64,000 bases of DNA from Anthoceros angustus (taxonomy: Eukaryota > Plantae > Anthocerotophyta): NCBI GenBank assembly GCA_010909165.1, contig MU008171.1, positions 1,240,001 through 1,304,000 on the forward strand. Direction: 5' to 3'. The position numbers and the translations under genes are program-made. The first letter of the stretch is position 1; the number at the start of each line of letters is the position of its first letter. The notes beneath the pieces are model-generated. The model was not told the origin of the DNA. It made no database searches and saw nothing but the letters and a program-made list of their open reading frames with translations. Positions 62,521 through 64,000 of this stretch are shown in pieces.

Positions 62521-62880
62521 CTATCTCATGCCTCCAACATGAGCTGATAAACCTTTTCGATTTGCTTCCATTCGACACCAGGCAAATGCTCTAGCAGTTT
62601 GGTCTAACACATGGCACAAACTCAACAGTGGTAGCCCAGACCAGGTGCGGTCATCAACTAGAGCAATATGTCTACAGGGCACTATCTGGGGCTGCCCGTC
62701 TCCTTGTAGATCGATGTCTTTCCAATGATGTAGAGAACCATCATACCCATGAGCCAGTATTGCGTCTCTCATGTGGACTCCATAAACCGGAATAGAACCC
62801 TAGAGTAGTTTCCTCAAGCTCCCGACAAGAACGTCATTCAACTATGTATATCCCACATGTGGGCAGAAGTGTCCATGTCA
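62521..62880 (-). pseudogene. ELP2: Elongator complex subunit 2 (ELP2, WD40) gene fragment
   Basis: ELEETTLGFYSGLWSP (frameshift) DAILAHGYDGSLHHWKD..GQPQIVPCRHIALVDDRTWS..DQTARAFA matches plant ELP2 LGFYGGHWSP.GDSILAHGYGGSFHLW..WQPQ.VPSGHFA.V.D..W..DQTTRIF. Ends in a stop; rest of gene absent. Confidence 0.8.
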
Positions 62881-64000
62881 TCACGGTGTGAATGGAGGCC
62901 GATAACACACATCGACCGGGTCTCACTTCCTCTTGTCACCTCGAACTGTGGGTTTCCAAAGGACAGAGAAAACCCAGTGGTGCGTAAGTTTATCGATTCT
63001 GAACACCGGTCCATCAGTACCTAAATGTTTTGAGACTAACTCCTGTCGCTAAGCTTGCACCTACCACGATTCATCGTTGGGAAATATTTTCAAATTCTGA
63101 TTTCTCATATTGTTTTTTCAGGTGAAAGTCGACTTCGTTTTGGTGCATCATATGCACATGGAGAACAATCTCAGAACATTAGGATGACGAGCAATGAGAC
63201 AGGCAGCTACAAATCTGATTGTGCGTGGGTATGTTCGTACCTGGGTTTTGCATCGTAGAGCTGTGGTCAGAGCTAAGGTCTATCTTCACACTTTGCTCAG
63301 CCGTTTTGAACAGAAGAAGCATGTGATTCATATTGAATGGTGTGTCATCAGATGTTTCGTGGTGGTGTAACTCGAAGACAGCTCCCTCAAGATCTTATTC
63401 AGAAGAGCTGGGTCTACGGCTTGGAAGTTGTAACCCTTTTAGGCTGTCCCTGTGCGGAGCATTCCCCATTTCAAAGTGTGTCGTCTCCAATATTTAGCAG
63501 CCCGGTGCATCGACCTTGGCGAAGACCAGCTGATTCTGGATCTGCACAGGCGGAACCAATTCATACATCAGAATCAAAATACATATGAACTGATTCCACA
63601 AGCTCTCTATTGCAAAAAAACTCCCTCTGCGCACGAACTTCCATCGTCGACCGCCCAAAAGAGATGGACACTCGAACCCGTCGTTCCCAATCTAATTCTA
63701 GCCCATCTGTGACATCCATGACATACTTTCGGAACACATCATCACACGTGTCGATCCGGTCAACAGAGAGACGTTTGTCTATCGGATCTGTACGTGGCCA
63801 GAAGTCCCGTCTAACACAAATTGCGTAAGTTTTACGGCAGATGCGAGAGATAATGCCACTGGTAGAAGCCATCCCCATCAACAGCACCATGACATATCAC
63901 ACCCTGGCTCGGGTTGGTTGAAGATTTCCTGCACCCTTGAAGCAAATTTGTCAACAATCCTGGACAGCAAGTAAGGGGAGGCCGAGAACCCACAAACGAC

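Overview
Land-plant nuclear DNA (GT-AG introns, TTTAGGG repeats, plant-type AOX and CASP-like genes); the species cannot be determined from the sequence. Most of the window is a three-level nest of transposons, each level supported by termini plus a target-site duplication (TSD). (1) A minus-strand Ty1/copia element at 7870-48707 has short LTRs, a Met PBS and TSD CCTCT. (2) Its pol gene is split by a 33.7-kb TIR element at 13378-47054 with C(C/T)CTA ends and TSD CTA. (3) That element contains a 16.7-kb CACTA element at 28838-45525 with a 13-bp TIR, TSD GAA and many overlapping internal duplications. A ~4-kb genomic segment carrying an intron-containing alternative oxidase (AOX) gene occurs twice: inside the copia (8509-12506) and about 2 kb beyond it (50815-55111). 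Both AOX copies have Asp instead of the regulatory CysI, and a 1-bp indel puts a different ATG in frame in each copy. Other spliced gene models are a CASP-like gene and an acidic, possibly XRI1-like gene. Decayed MULE/SWIM, Harbinger, hAT and ELP2 fragments are also present. The 22-45 kb region has many single-base indels between near-identical repeats, so some fine structure there may be assembly error. I found no clearly new biological system; the strongest observations are the nested structure and the AOX pair.
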